NCBI GenBank assembly: GCA_052387955.1
Contig: JBQTIQ010000017.1
Coordinates: 8,319-72,318 of the forward strand
Origin: Acidimicrobiia bacterium
GTDB taxonomy: Bacteria > Actinomycetota > Acidimicrobiia > Acidimicrobiales > JACDCH01
Direction: 5' to 3'
DNA: 64,000 nt
A model generated the notes under the pieces. That model saw only the letters and a list, made by a program, of their open reading frames with translations, ran no database searches and was not told where the DNA came from. Below are positions 49,177-58,053 of this stretch, one piece after another. The stretch's first letter is position 1, and every line of letters begins with the position of its first letter. Position numbers and translations under genes: made by a program.

Positions 49177-51720
49177 CTAGTCGGCCTGGATGGCCTGGAG
49201 GATGTCGAGCCGGGCCGCCCGACGGGCAGGGCGCACCGCGGCCAGGATGCCGGCAACGGCACCGGCGACGACCAGACCGATGAGGCCGCCGAAGGGCAGC
49301 GTGTACTGCACCCCCTCGCTGGACGCCGCCTGCACCAGCGCCCAACTGAAGAACAGGCCGATGAACACGCCGCCGAGGGTGCCGAACAGGGCGATGATCA
49401 CCGACTCCCATCGGATCGACGAGCGCACCTGCCGGCGGGCCATACCGACCGCCCGCAGGAGGCCGAGCTCGCGGGTGCGTTCGTTGATCGACAACGACAG
49501 CGTGTTGGCGATGCCCATCAGCGAGATCACGATGGCCAGGGCGAGCATGGCATAGACCAGGCCCAGGACCTGATTGATCGAGTTCGACTGGGTGGTCCGG
49601 AACTCCTCGCGGTCCTGCAGCTCGGAGCCGGCGGCCAGCTGGTCGACCAGCGGCTTGATCGACGCTCGGACCGTGTCGACGTCGGTGCCCTCGGCGACCT
49701 TTACCGACACGAACGTGTCCAGGTTCTCCTGGGAATGGGGCTCCCATGCCGACAGGCCGAGCACGTAGTTGCCGACGATGTCGTCGTTGTCGTAGTGGGC
49801 CGCCACCGTGAACGTCGCCGTGGCCCCGTCGACGAAGCGCACCGGGAGCTTGGTGCCGACGGGCCAGCCCTTGTCGTCGGCCACGTCACAATTGACGGCC
49901 AGGTCGGTGGGGCCGAGCGTGCCGGCGCCGGCCGAGAAGCCGAGGTCGAAGACCTGGCCCAGCGACGCCGGGTCGGCGATGGCTACGCCCTTGGGCTCGC
50001 CGTCGACCTCCATGAGCCCGAATCGCAGCCCCGAGACTGCCGCAACCCCGGGGACCTGTCGGGTCCGGGCCGCCAGCTCGGGGGTGATGCCGCCGATGCC
50101 GAACGTGCCCGAGTCCACCACCAGGTCGCCGGCGAACGAACGGTCGATGGCCTCGTTGATGGTCGTCTTGAGCGACGCCGCGAACACGGTGAACAGCGCG
50201 GCGACACCGACGCCGACCATGAGCGCGGCGGCGGTTCCTGACGTCCGCCGGGGGTTGCGCACCGCGTTCTCGCGGGCCAGGGAACCGGTCACGCCCTTGA
50301 GCCGGGGTAGGGGAGACCCGAGCAGGCGGCTCACCGGGCCGGCGGCGACCGGCCCCAGTACCACCACACCGAGCAGCGTCAGCACCGCGCCGGCTCCGGC
50401 GCCGAGCACGGCGTTGTCGCCCTTGCCGATCACCGCCACCAACACGTTGCCGACGCCCAGGGCCACAACCACCAGGCCGACGATGATGCGGCCCTTCGAC
50501 GCCACGGCCCTCTCGAAGGCGACGTCGCCGATGGCGGCGATGGGCGGGATGCGGGTTGCCTTGAGCGCCGGCGCCACCCCCGCCACCAGCGTCACCACGA
50601 CCCCGACCAGCATGGAGATGACGGCGATACGGGGCCCGAAGGCCAGGCCTGACGCGGGGAGGCCGAGGCCGAACCCGGCCAGCATTGCCTTGAGCCCGAC
50701 CGCGATGCCGAACCCGGCCACGATGCCGAGGGCGGACCCGATCACGCCCACGGCGAGGGCCTCGGCCAGCACGGAACCCATGACCTGGCGCCGCGACGCT
50801 CCCAGCGCCCGTAGCAGGGCCATCTCCCGCGCCCGTTGGGAGACGATGATCGAGAAGGTGTTGTAGATGCTGAACACAGCTACCGCCACGGCGATGCCGG
50901 CGAAGATGGTGAGGAACACGTTGAAGAACGACAGGAACTGCGACTGGATGTCGTCGAGCTGTTCGGTGGTCAGGGCCTCGCCCGTGATGGCCTCGGTACC
51001 CGCCGGCAGGAGGGCGCTGATCCGATCGGTGAGCTCCTGCTCCGGTACGCCCGGGGCGGCGGCGGCGATGATGGCGTCGACCCGGCCGGCCTGGCCGGCG
51101 ATCTCGCGCTCGGCCACCTCGGTGGTGAAGGCGGCGTAGGTGACGCCCCCGGCGCTGTCCTCCTCGCCATAGGTGGCGATGCCCACGACGGTGGCCCCCA
51201 CGGTGCGGCTGAGCTGGATGGTCACGCGCTCACCGAGGGCAACATCACCTTCGTCGGCGGCGCCCTTGTTGATCACCACCTCGCCCTCGGTGGCGGGGGG
51301 ACGGCCCTCGACGATGCGGTAGGGGTTGAGCCCGGGCTGGTCGATCCAGTTCTCGGCCAGCGTGGGCGGGCCCTGCCCGGGCGAGCCCAGCGCCTCGCCC
51401 TCGGTGTTGACGATGCGGCCGTTGCCGGTGATGTACACGCTGGCTTCGGCGACGCCGTCGACGCCGGCGACGGCGTCGAACAACGACGCGTCGATCCGGC
51501 CCCGGGCCACGAAGCCGTCGACCTCGAGGCGGCTGTCCGCTCTCACGTAACTGTCGACGCCGGCGTTGGCGTTGGTGAACAGCTCGTCGAAGGTTTCCTC
51601 CAGCGTGGCGGTGAGCGTGAGCACCCCACTCAGGAACCCGACTCCGAGTACCACCGCCAGCAGCGTCGAGGCCAGCCGGCGCTTGTGGGCCAACAGGTTC
51701 TTGAGCGTGACCCGGCGCAC
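49177..51720 (-). CDS. ABC transporter permease, MacB/FtsX type with two FtsX domains
   Basis: ORF 49177..51720 with a GTG start. It begins MRRVTLKNLLAHKRRLASTLLAVVLGVGFLSG. It has two 4-TM FtsX modules, each followed or preceded by a large extracytoplasmic domain. Confidence 0.9.
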   Translation of the reverse strand: MRRVTLKNLLAHKRRLASTLLAVVLGVGFLSGVLTLTATLEETFDELFTNANAGVDSYVRADSRLEVDGFVARGRIDASLFDAVAGVDGVAEASVYITGNGRIVNTEGEALGSPGQGPPTLAENWIDQPGLNPYRIVEGRPPATEGEVVINKGAADEGDVALGERVTIQLSRTVGATVVGIATYGEEDSAGGVTYAAFTTEVAEREIAGQAGRVDAIIAAAAPGVPEQELTDRISALLPAGTEAITGEALTTEQLDDIQSQFLSFFNVFLTIFAGIAVAVAVFSIYNTFSIIVSQRAREMALLRALGASRRQVMGSVLAEALAVGVIGSALGIVAGFGIAVGLKAMLAGFGLGLPASGLAFGPRIAVISMLVGVVVTLVAGVAPALKATRIPPIAAIGDVAFERAVASKGRIIVGLVVVALGVGNVLVAVIGKGDNAVLGAGAGAVLTLLGVVVLGPVAAGPVSRLLGSPLPRLKGVTGSLARENAVRNPRRTSGTAAALMVGVGVAALFTVFAASLKTTINEAIDRSFAGDLVVDSGTFGIGGITPELAARTRQVPGVAAVSGLRFGLMEVDGEPKGVAIADPASLGQVFDLGFSAGAGTLGPTDLAVNCDVADDKGWPVGTKLPVRFVDGATATFTVAAHYDNDDIVGNYVLGLSAWEPHSQENLDTFVSVKVAEGTDVDTVRASIKPLVDQLAAGSELQDREEFRTTQSNSINQVLGLVYAMLALAIVISLMGIANTLSLSINERTRELGLLRAVGMARRQVRSSIRWESVIIALFGTLGGVFIGLFFSWALVQAASSEGVQYTLPFGGLIGLVVAGAVAGILAAVRPARRAARLDILQAIQAD

Positions 51721-51730
51721 TATCTTCCCC

Positions 51731-51775
51731 GGTGGGGCCGCGCCCCACGCCCATCGTCGCCAGGCGGGCTGACGG
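51731..51775 (+). repeat. Degenerate family-A core in the ABC ATPase-permease gap (opposite orientation to the genes)
   Basis: ggtggggccgcgccccacgcccatcgtcgccaggcgggctgacgg compares with the consensus cgggggctgcgcccccgggccccatcgtcgcccggctcgctgg. Confidence 0.5.
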
Positions 51776-51813
51776 CGGCGCCGTCGGCCTGAAGCGCTCG
51801 CTTCGCTCGCACC

Positions 51814-52575
51814 TCAGTCCCCCAAGGCTTTCATCCGGTCGAGGACCTTTTCGGGGGTGGGGTCGGCCATGTCGGCCACGATGTGGCCGTCGGCCAGGAA
51901 CAGGGCATGGTCGGCGTAGCCGGCCGCCACCGGGTCGTGGGTGACCATGGCGATGGTCTGGCCCAGGTCGCGCACCGCCCGGCGCATGAAGTCCAGGATC
52001 TCGGCGCCGGAGCGGGAGTCGAGGTTGCCGGTGGGCTCGTCGGCGAAGATGATGCTGGGCTTCGACGCCAGCGCCCGGGCCACCGCCACCCGTTGCTGCT
52101 CGCCCCCCGACAGCTCGGCCGGTCGGTGCCCGAGCCGTTCCCGCAGCCCGACCGTGCCGATGACCTCGTCGAGCCAGTCCTGGTCGCCCTTCTTGCCCGC
52201 CAACGCCGCCGGCAGGGTGATGTTCTCGAGGGCGTTGAGCGTCGGCACCAGGTTGAACGACTGGAACACGAAGCCGACCTGCTCCCGCCGTAGCACCGTC
52301 AGCTCCTTGTCCGACAGCGTCCCGAGCTCGACGCCGCCGAGCAGGATCCGGCCCGACGTGAGCGAGTCGAGCCCGGCCAGGCAGTGCATCAAGGTGGACT
52401 TGCCCGAGCCCGAAGGGCCCATGATGGCCGTGAACCGGCTGCCGGGGATGTCGACGGTCACGTCGTCGAGGGCATGGACCGCGGTCGGGCCCGACCCGTA
52501 GACCTTGCTCGCCGCTTCGGCCCGGGCCACGGTGGACGCGGGGGCCGACACGGTCGACGGGGATTGAGAACTCAT
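51814..52575 (-). CDS. ABC transporter ATP-binding protein (MacB/LolD-like)
   Basis: ORF 51814..52584. I prefer ATG 52575 as the start (GTG 52584 is possible). It has the Walker A motif GPSGSGKST, the Q-loop, the signature LSGGEQQRVAVARAL and the Walker B motif IIFADEPTGNLD. Confidence 0.9.
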   Translation of the reverse strand: MSSQSPSTVSAPASTVARAEAASKVYGSGPTAVHALDDVTVDIPGSRFTAIMGPSGSGKSTLMHCLAGLDSLTSGRILLGGVELGTLSDKELTVLRREQVGFVFQSFNLVPTLNALENITLPAALAGKKGDQDWLDEVIGTVGLRERLGHRPAELSGGEQQRVAVARALASKPSIIFADEPTGNLDSRSGAEILDFMRRAVRDLGQTIAMVTHDPVAAGYADHALFLADGHIVADMADPTPEKVLDRMKALGD

Positions 52576-52590
52576 GCACGGCACCCTATT

Positions 52591-52728
52591 GCTGGTTCGC
52601 TGCGGGCTGGGGGCCCTTCGCTCATGTGTCGGCTGCTCGCTGGCGGTCGCGACGCCGACGCTGGTTCGCTGCGGGCTGGGGGCCCTTCGCTCACGTGTCG
52701 GCTGCTCCCTGGCGGTCGCGACGCCGAC
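52591..52728 (+). repeat. Tandem 69-bp repeat x2 (family-A-related variant)
   Basis: gctggttcgctgcgggctgggggcccttcgctcaYgtgtcggctgctcSctggcggtcgcgacgccgac occurs at 52591-52659 and 52660-52728, with 2 mismatches. Confidence 0.95.
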
Positions 52729-52858
52729 CTTGCCGGGCAGGGCTGGCCTGGTGGGGGGCGTCGCCGGGCAACCGGCGCTTCGCGATATCGGGCCTCGGCC
52801 GGGCGCAGCAACTCTTGCGCCGCCGTGCTTGCCCCGGCCCGCTCGGCGGGCTCTGGGG

Positions 52859-53494
52859 TCAGCGGCCCGGTTGCGGGGTGACGCGCAGGTAGGGCCTCAC
52901 CGCGGTCCAGCCGGCGGGGAACTTGGTCTTGGCGTCCTCGTCGCTGACGGCAGGGACGATGATCACGTCGTCACCGTCCTGCCAGTTGACCGGAGTGGCA
53001 ACGCTGTAGTTGGCCGTCAACTGGAGCGAGTCGATGACCCGCAGGATCTCGTCGAAGTTCCGCCCGGTCGACGCCGGATAGGTGAGCGAGAGCTTCACCT
53101 TGTTGTCGGGGCCGACGATGAACACCGAACGGACCGTGGTCGTCTCGCTGGCGTTCGGGTGGATCATGTCGTAGAGGGTCGATACGGCACGATCGGCGTC
53201 GGCGATCATGGGGAAGTTCGGAGCGTAGCCCTGCGTCTCCTCGATGTCCTTGGCCCATCCGCTGTGGGCATCGAGCGGGTCGACCGACAGGCCGATGACC
53301 TTGACGCCGCGCTTGTCGAACTCGGGCTTGAGCTTGGCCGTGTAGCCCAGTTCGGTGGTGCACACGGGCGTGTAGTCCTTGGGGTGCGAGAACAGCACCG
53401 CCCAGCTGTCGCCCTTCCAGTCGTGGAAGTCGATCGTGCCTTCGGTGGTCTCGGCGGTGAAATTCGGGGCCTCGTCGCCCAGGCGCAGTGCCAT
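52859..53494 (-). CDS. 1-Cys peroxiredoxin (Prx6 type)
   Basis: ORF 52859..53494. It reads MALRLGDEAPNFTAETTEGTIDFHDWKGDSWAVLFSHPKDYTPVCTTELG. Confidence 0.9.
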   Translation of the reverse strand: MALRLGDEAPNFTAETTEGTIDFHDWKGDSWAVLFSHPKDYTPVCTTELGYTAKLKPEFDKRGVKVIGLSVDPLDAHSGWAKDIEETQGYAPNFPMIADADRAVSTLYDMIHPNASETTTVRSVFIVGPDNKVKLSLTYPASTGRNFDEILRVIDSLQLTANYSVATPVNWQDGDDVIIVPAVSDEDAKTKFPAGWTAVRPYLRVTPQPGR

Positions 53495-53558
53495 CGGGAA
53501 CTCCTTGGTGGTGCGGACCGGGAGAGTATAGGCATCTGCCCGCCGAAACCTGACACAT

Positions 53559-54506
53559 CTAGTCGGGATTAACGACGGCGTCGGCGGCGGGCACCGGACG
53601 ATGGGTCACGTCGGGCTCGAGGTACATGCGGGTGGCCTGGGGGACCTGGGCCCGCACCGCCCCTTCGATGGCGTCGACCACACCGGCCAGGCCCTGCATC
53701 GTGAGCTCGCGGTCGAAGTGGACCTTGGCTGCCACCAGGACGTCGTCGGGGCCGATGTGCTCGGTACGCAGGTTGATGAGCCGGACCACGGCGGGATGGG
53801 CTGCGATCGTCCGCTCGATGATGGCCTGGGCCTCGGGCGTCGCCGGTTCGCCGATGAGCAGGCTGCGCATCTCGATGGCCAGGATGATGGCGACCACCGC
53901 GAGCAGCACGCCGATGGCGAGCGTGCCGATGGCGTCCCACACAGGGTCCCCGGTGAGGTCGCTCAGGGCGACGGCGGCCAAGGCGAGCACCAGGCCGACC
54001 AGGGCGGCGAGGTCCTCGAGCAGGACGACGGGCAGTTCGGGGTTCTTCGACAGCCGGATGAAGCGCCACCACGAGCCGTCGCCCTTGAGGGGGCGGGCTT
54101 CGTGGATCGCCGTGCGGAAGGAGAAGATCTCCATGACGATGGCGGCGGCGAGGATGCCGATGGCCACCGCGACCGATTCGATCTCGTGGGGGTGCAGGAG
54201 CTTCTCGACCCCGTCCAACAGGGAGAAGACCGCGCCCACGGTGAAGAGGACGACGGCCACGACGAACGCCCAGAAGAACCGTTCCCGCCCGTAGCCGAAC
54301 TGGCGCTCGACCGTCTCCTGTAGGCGGCCCCGCCGGTGGCCCAGCAACAACAGGCCCTGATTGCCGGCGTCAGCCACCGAGTGCACGCTCTCCGCCAACA
54401 TCGACCCCGACCCGGTGATCAGGAAGCCGACGAACTTGCTGATGGCGATGCCGGTGTTGGCGAAGAAGGCCGCCACGATCGCCTTGGTGCCTCCCCCTGC
54501 AGCCAT
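53559..54506 (-). CDS. Cation diffusion facilitator (CDF) family metal efflux transporter
   Basis: ORF 53559..54506. It has TM1-2 with SGSMLAESVHSVADAGNQ, six TM helices and a C-terminal cytoplasmic domain. Confidence 0.9.
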   Translation of the reverse strand: MAAGGGTKAIVAAFFANTGIAISKFVGFLITGSGSMLAESVHSVADAGNQGLLLLGHRRGRLQETVERQFGYGRERFFWAFVVAVVLFTVGAVFSLLDGVEKLLHPHEIESVAVAIGILAAAIVMEIFSFRTAIHEARPLKGDGSWWRFIRLSKNPELPVVLLEDLAALVGLVLALAAVALSDLTGDPVWDAIGTLAIGVLLAVVAIILAIEMRSLLIGEPATPEAQAIIERTIAAHPAVVRLINLRTEHIGPDDVLVAAKVHFDRELTMQGLAGVVDAIEGAVRAQVPQATRMYLEPDVTHRPVPAADAVVNPD

Positions 54507-54568
54507 CGCCGGAGGCTAAACGAGCCGCGCCGCGCCGGGCGTCGCCGAGAACGGCCGCCGGGCCCTGG

Positions 54569-55330
54569 TCAGTAGTCGCCCTCCGAGACCGGGACGAAGC
54601 GGTTGACGCCGAAACCAGCCAGTGCGGCGGCGGTGGCGTCGTCGTGGTGCAGGCCGAGCAAGGCCTCGGTCACGGCCGCCACCACCGGCGCGGCCAGCAA
54701 CGCCGCTGCGGCCACCGGCGGCACCGGGTAGGGGCCGAAGGTGTCGACGATGGTCAGGCCCCCGGGCAGCCCGCCGTAGCCGAGGATCGTGTTCGAGTCG
54801 ATGGCGGCGGCGTCGATGGACCCGCTGACGAGCTGCGCCAGCGACTGCAGGTGGCCACCGGTGCAACGGGCCCGGCCCAGGAACCCGGGGCCCAGGCCGA
54901 GCGCCTCGACGCGCTGGTTGAGCGACAACCATCCCGTCAGGGAGGCCGGGTCGTTGTAGCCGAAGCGTGCTCCGGCCAGCTCGGCGAGCCCGGCGGCGCC
55001 GGCCCAGGGGCCGTCCGCCCCCACCACCAGCTCGGCGAAGTACACCGGTTCGCCCCGGTTCCTGGAGTCGGCCCACAGGGGTGCCGCACCCACGAGGACC
55101 ACCGACGGTGCGTCCCCCGCCGCCAGCGCCTGGAACGAGGGCGAGCACAGGAAGCCCAGGTCGACGGTGCCTCCGGAGAACGGGTCTCCTACTCCCGGTG
55201 CCGGGCCCGACACCGAGGCGTCGAAGGTGAGCGTCGACGGCCTCCCCAGCACGGCGGCGACCCGCGTCGTCACCAGCTCGAAGAGCCCGAGCGGGAGCCC
55301 GGGGGCCAACCACGTGCACCATCGCAGCAC
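54569..55330 (-). CDS. PhnD/phosphonate-binding-like substrate-binding-fold protein without obvious signal peptide
   Basis: ORF 54569..55330. It has LRWCTWLAPGLPLGLFELV....LGRPSTL, TVDLGFLCSPSF and FGYNDPASLTGW. I see no export signal and no adjacent ABC permease or ATPase. Confidence 0.6.
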   Translation of the reverse strand: MLRWCTWLAPGLPLGLFELVTTRVAAVLGRPSTLTFDASVSGPAPGVGDPFSGGTVDLGFLCSPSFQALAAGDAPSVVLVGAAPLWADSRNRGEPVYFAELVVGADGPWAGAAGLAELAGARFGYNDPASLTGWLSLNQRVEALGLGPGFLGRARCTGGHLQSLAQLVSGSIDAAAIDSNTILGYGGLPGGLTIVDTFGPYPVPPVAAAALLAAPVVAAVTEALLGLHHDDATAAALAGFGVNRFVPVSEGDY

Positions 55331-55503
55331 GCGGGCACGGTACCGCCCCTCCGGCCGGCGCTCGACGGTAGCGACCAGCCGCCCGTCGGTGCTGGCCGCG
55401 CTGCGACCGCTCGCCTACGTTCTGGCCTCTGGACCAACCCGGCCCATCCCACGATCGACCGCCCCCGTTCGACGTCGACGCCGCCGTCGCACAGCTGGCG
55501 GCG

Positions 55504-57480
55504 ATGGTGGCCCACGCGCCCGTGGGGTTCGGCGTCTTCGACCTCGACCAACGGGCGCTGTGCGTCAACCCCGCATTCGTCCGAATGGCCGGGCTCGGTA
55601 CCGCTGACCATCGGGGCCGGCACCTGGCCGAGCTGGTGCCCTCGGCGGTGGCCACCTGCGCCGCTGCCTTCGCTGCCGTCGTCGCCACTGTGGCCCCGGT
55701 TGCCCTGAGGGACGGTGCCGCCGGCCTCGGGGGGACGGGACGGATCGACCTCTTCCCCGTCTCGGGAGGCCAGGGTGCGGTGGTGGCCGTCGGCGTGGTC
55801 ATCGCCACCGCCGACGCCGTGCTCGCCGGCGCGGGCCTCGACGAAGCCGACCCGGCCCGGGCGTTGGCCCGCCGCGAGTTGCTGGCGTCGATGGGCACGG
55901 TGTTCGAGGGCGACCTGGACCCCGTCGCCCGGGCCCGGTACCTGGCCCGCACCGCGGTGCCGGTACTGGGCGACCACGCTCTGGTGTTCCTGCATGATCG
56001 GGCCGGCGACGTCCTCGAGGTCGTCGCCGCCGCCCACGTCGACGCCGGCCTCGACAGCGCCATGGGCGCGCTCGCCGGCCGTGCCGTGGACGCGCAGGGC
56101 CCCAGCGCGCCGGCCACTGCCTTTCGTCGGGGTACCACAACCGTGCGCCCCTTCCAGCAGGAGTACGCCTTGGCCCGGGCCCTGGCCGACGACGCGCCCG
56201 AGATCGCCGAGGCGCTGGCGTCGGGGACGAGCATGGCGGTGCCGTTGGAGAACGGGGGCCTGGCCATCGGCGTGCTGTACCTCGGACAGGGCCGCGACGA
56301 CACGCCGTACGGGCCCGCCGACGTCGGCCTGGCCGAGGAGCTGGCCCGTCTGGGCGCGCCCGCCATCGCCAACGCGGTCCGCTACCAGCGCGAGGTCCGC
56401 ACCGGCGAGGTCCTCCAGCGCAGCCTTCTCCCGCAAGCGATGGTCGAGGTCCCCGGCGTGTGGAGCGCGTCGCGCTATCTCCCCGGCACCGTCGGGCTAC
56501 GGGTCGGCGGCGACTGGTTCGACATGGTCGACGGCGGACCGGCCGGCGTGCTGTTGGCCATCGGTGATGTCGCCGGGCACGGGATCGACGCCGCCGTATC
56601 GATGGGCCGCTTCCGGACGGTGCTGCAGTTCGCCGCCACCCAGACGACCGAACCGGCCGGCGTGCTGCAGCGCATCAACGAGTTCATGTCGGCTGCGTTC
56701 CGCTCGGAGATGGCGACGCTGTGCGTGGTCCGCTACCAACCGGCGACCGGTGTCGCCGTCGCCGCCAGCGCCGGCCACCTGCCCCCGGTGCTGATCGGGC
56801 CGGACGGCGAGGTCACGGTGACGAACGTGCCCCCCGGGCTCCCGCTCTGCGTCGACGCCGACGCCCGGTACCGCCAGTGGGACCTGCCGGTGGGGCCCGG
56901 CAGCGTCGTCGTCCTCTACACCGACGGGTTGGTCGAACGGCGGGGCGAGGTCCTCGACGACGGCCTTGCCCGCCTCGTGGCCGAGTCGGCCGGTCCTCCC
57001 GCCGCTCCCGGGGCGATCGTCGAGCGGGTCACGAACCGGTTGGTCCCCGCCGGCGGCGCCGACGACGACGTAGCCGTCCTGGTTGCCCGGTTCACGGTGG
57101 CGGGGCGGCGTCTCGCCCTCGTGTTCGCCGCCGATGCCTCGGGGCTGGTGGCCGTGCGCCGCGACGTCCGGGCCTGGCTTTCCTTCTGTGACGTCGACGT
57201 CCGCCGCGTCGACGACATCGTGCTGGCGGTCAGCGAGGCGGCTGCCAACGCCGTCGAGCACGCCTATCCCGGCCCGGCCAAGGGGCTCATTCGGGTCGAC
57301 GGCGAGGTGGGCGAGGGCGGCGACCTCGTGGTCCGGGTGCGCGACGAGGGCCGGTGGAGCCCCCCTCGATCGACCCCCAATCGGGGTCGCGGGCTCGGGC
57401 TGATGCGAGCCCTGGTCGACGTCGTCGCCGTCGAGCGGTCCGAAGATGGGACCGAGGTGGAACTACGGGTGAGGGGTTGA
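55504..57480 (+). CDS. Multidomain PAS-GAF-PP2C(SpoIIE) phosphatase fused to an RsbW-type HATPase kinase domain
   Basis: ORF 55504..57480. The PAS-like N-terminus is GFGVFDLDQRALCVNPAFVRMAG. The PP2C block is VGGDWFDMV...AIGDVAGHGIDAA...LYTDGLVERRG. The C-terminal N-box is SEAAANAVEHAY and the G-boxes are VRDEGRW and GRGLGLMRAL. Confidence 0.8.
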   Translation: MVAHAPVGFGVFDLDQRALCVNPAFVRMAGLGTADHRGRHLAELVPSAVATCAAAFAAVVATVAPVALRDGAAGLGGTGRIDLFPVSGGQGAVVAVGVVIATADAVLAGAGLDEADPARALARRELLASMGTVFEGDLDPVARARYLARTAVPVLGDHALVFLHDRAGDVLEVVAAAHVDAGLDSAMGALAGRAVDAQGPSAPATAFRRGTTTVRPFQQEYALARALADDAPEIAEALASGTSMAVPLENGGLAIGVLYLGQGRDDTPYGPADVGLAEELARLGAPAIANAVRYQREVRTGEVLQRSLLPQAMVEVPGVWSASRYLPGTVGLRVGGDWFDMVDGGPAGVLLAIGDVAGHGIDAAVSMGRFRTVLQFAATQTTEPAGVLQRINEFMSAAFRSEMATLCVVRYQPATGVAVAASAGHLPPVLIGPDGEVTVTNVPPGLPLCVDADARYRQWDLPVGPGSVVVLYTDGLVERRGEVLDDGLARLVAESAGPPAAPGAIVERVTNRLVPAGGADDDVAVLVARFTVAGRRLALVFAADASGLVAVRRDVRAWLSFCDVDVRRVDDIVLAVSEAAANAVEHAYPGPAKGLIRVDGEVGEGGDLVVRVRDEGRWSPPRSTPNRGRGLGLMRALVDVVAVERSEDGTEVELRVRG

Positions 57481-57589
57481 GCCCGCTCCGATGCAGGAAG
57501 GGGCCATCCTGACGGCCGGGCCCTGCCCGTCGGGCTGGACCGGGCGCTCGCCCGGCCCGCCATCTCCCGGCGCCTGCCCCGGCAGGCAG

Positions 57590-57615
57590 GGTCACCATCA
57601 TGGGCCCATGGGTAT
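57590..57615 (+). promoter_or_regulatory. Candidate SigB/SigF-type promoter upstream of the anti-sigma/sigma operon
   Basis: GGTCAC-N14-GGGTAT spans 57590-57595 / 57610-57615, 42 nt upstream of TTG 57658. The -10 element is a perfect GGGTAT. The -35 element only partly fits GTTT. Confidence 0.3.
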
Positions 57616-57657
57616 CGTGGCCCGGCAGTCCCGCTGTCGCCATTCTGAGGAGCACCG

Positions 57658-58053
57658 TTGGAGGACCACGTGCACGGCCCGATCGAGCTGGTGCTGCCGG
57701 CTGATACCCGCCTGGTCCGGGTGGCGCGCCTGGTGGCGAGCGGCATCGCCACCACCGCCGGGTTCGACGTCGACGAGGTCGAGGACCTCCGCATCGCCGT
57801 CGACGAGCTGTGCGCCGCCCTGATCGAGGGCGGCGACGGTGAGTCGATGCTGGTCGGGTTCGAGTTGCACGAGGCAGGGGTCTCGATCGTGGGGACGACG
57901 CCGGCCGGCGCCGGCGCGTTCGAGGACGAGCGCCTGGTGCTCTCGCACCAGATCCTCGACGTCGTCGTCGACGAGCACACGATCAGCGCCGATCATGGAC
58001 AGATCAGCGTCCGGCTCCTGAAGCGCCGTCCACCGACGACCGCCGATGGCTGA
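57658..58053 (+). CDS. Anti-sigma factor, RsbW/HATPase_c_2-like but with degenerate nucleotide-binding motifs
   Basis: ORF 57658..58053. The TTG start lies 5 nt after GAGGAG. It reads IELVLPADTRLVRVARLVASGIATTAGFDVDEVEDLRIAVDELCAAL. Its stop overlaps the sigma gene start. Confidence 0.7.
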   Translation: MEDHVHGPIELVLPADTRLVRVARLVASGIATTAGFDVDEVEDLRIAVDELCAALIEGGDGESMLVGFELHEAGVSIVGTTPAGAGAFEDERLVLSHQILDVVVDEHTISADHGQISVRLLKRRPPTTADG

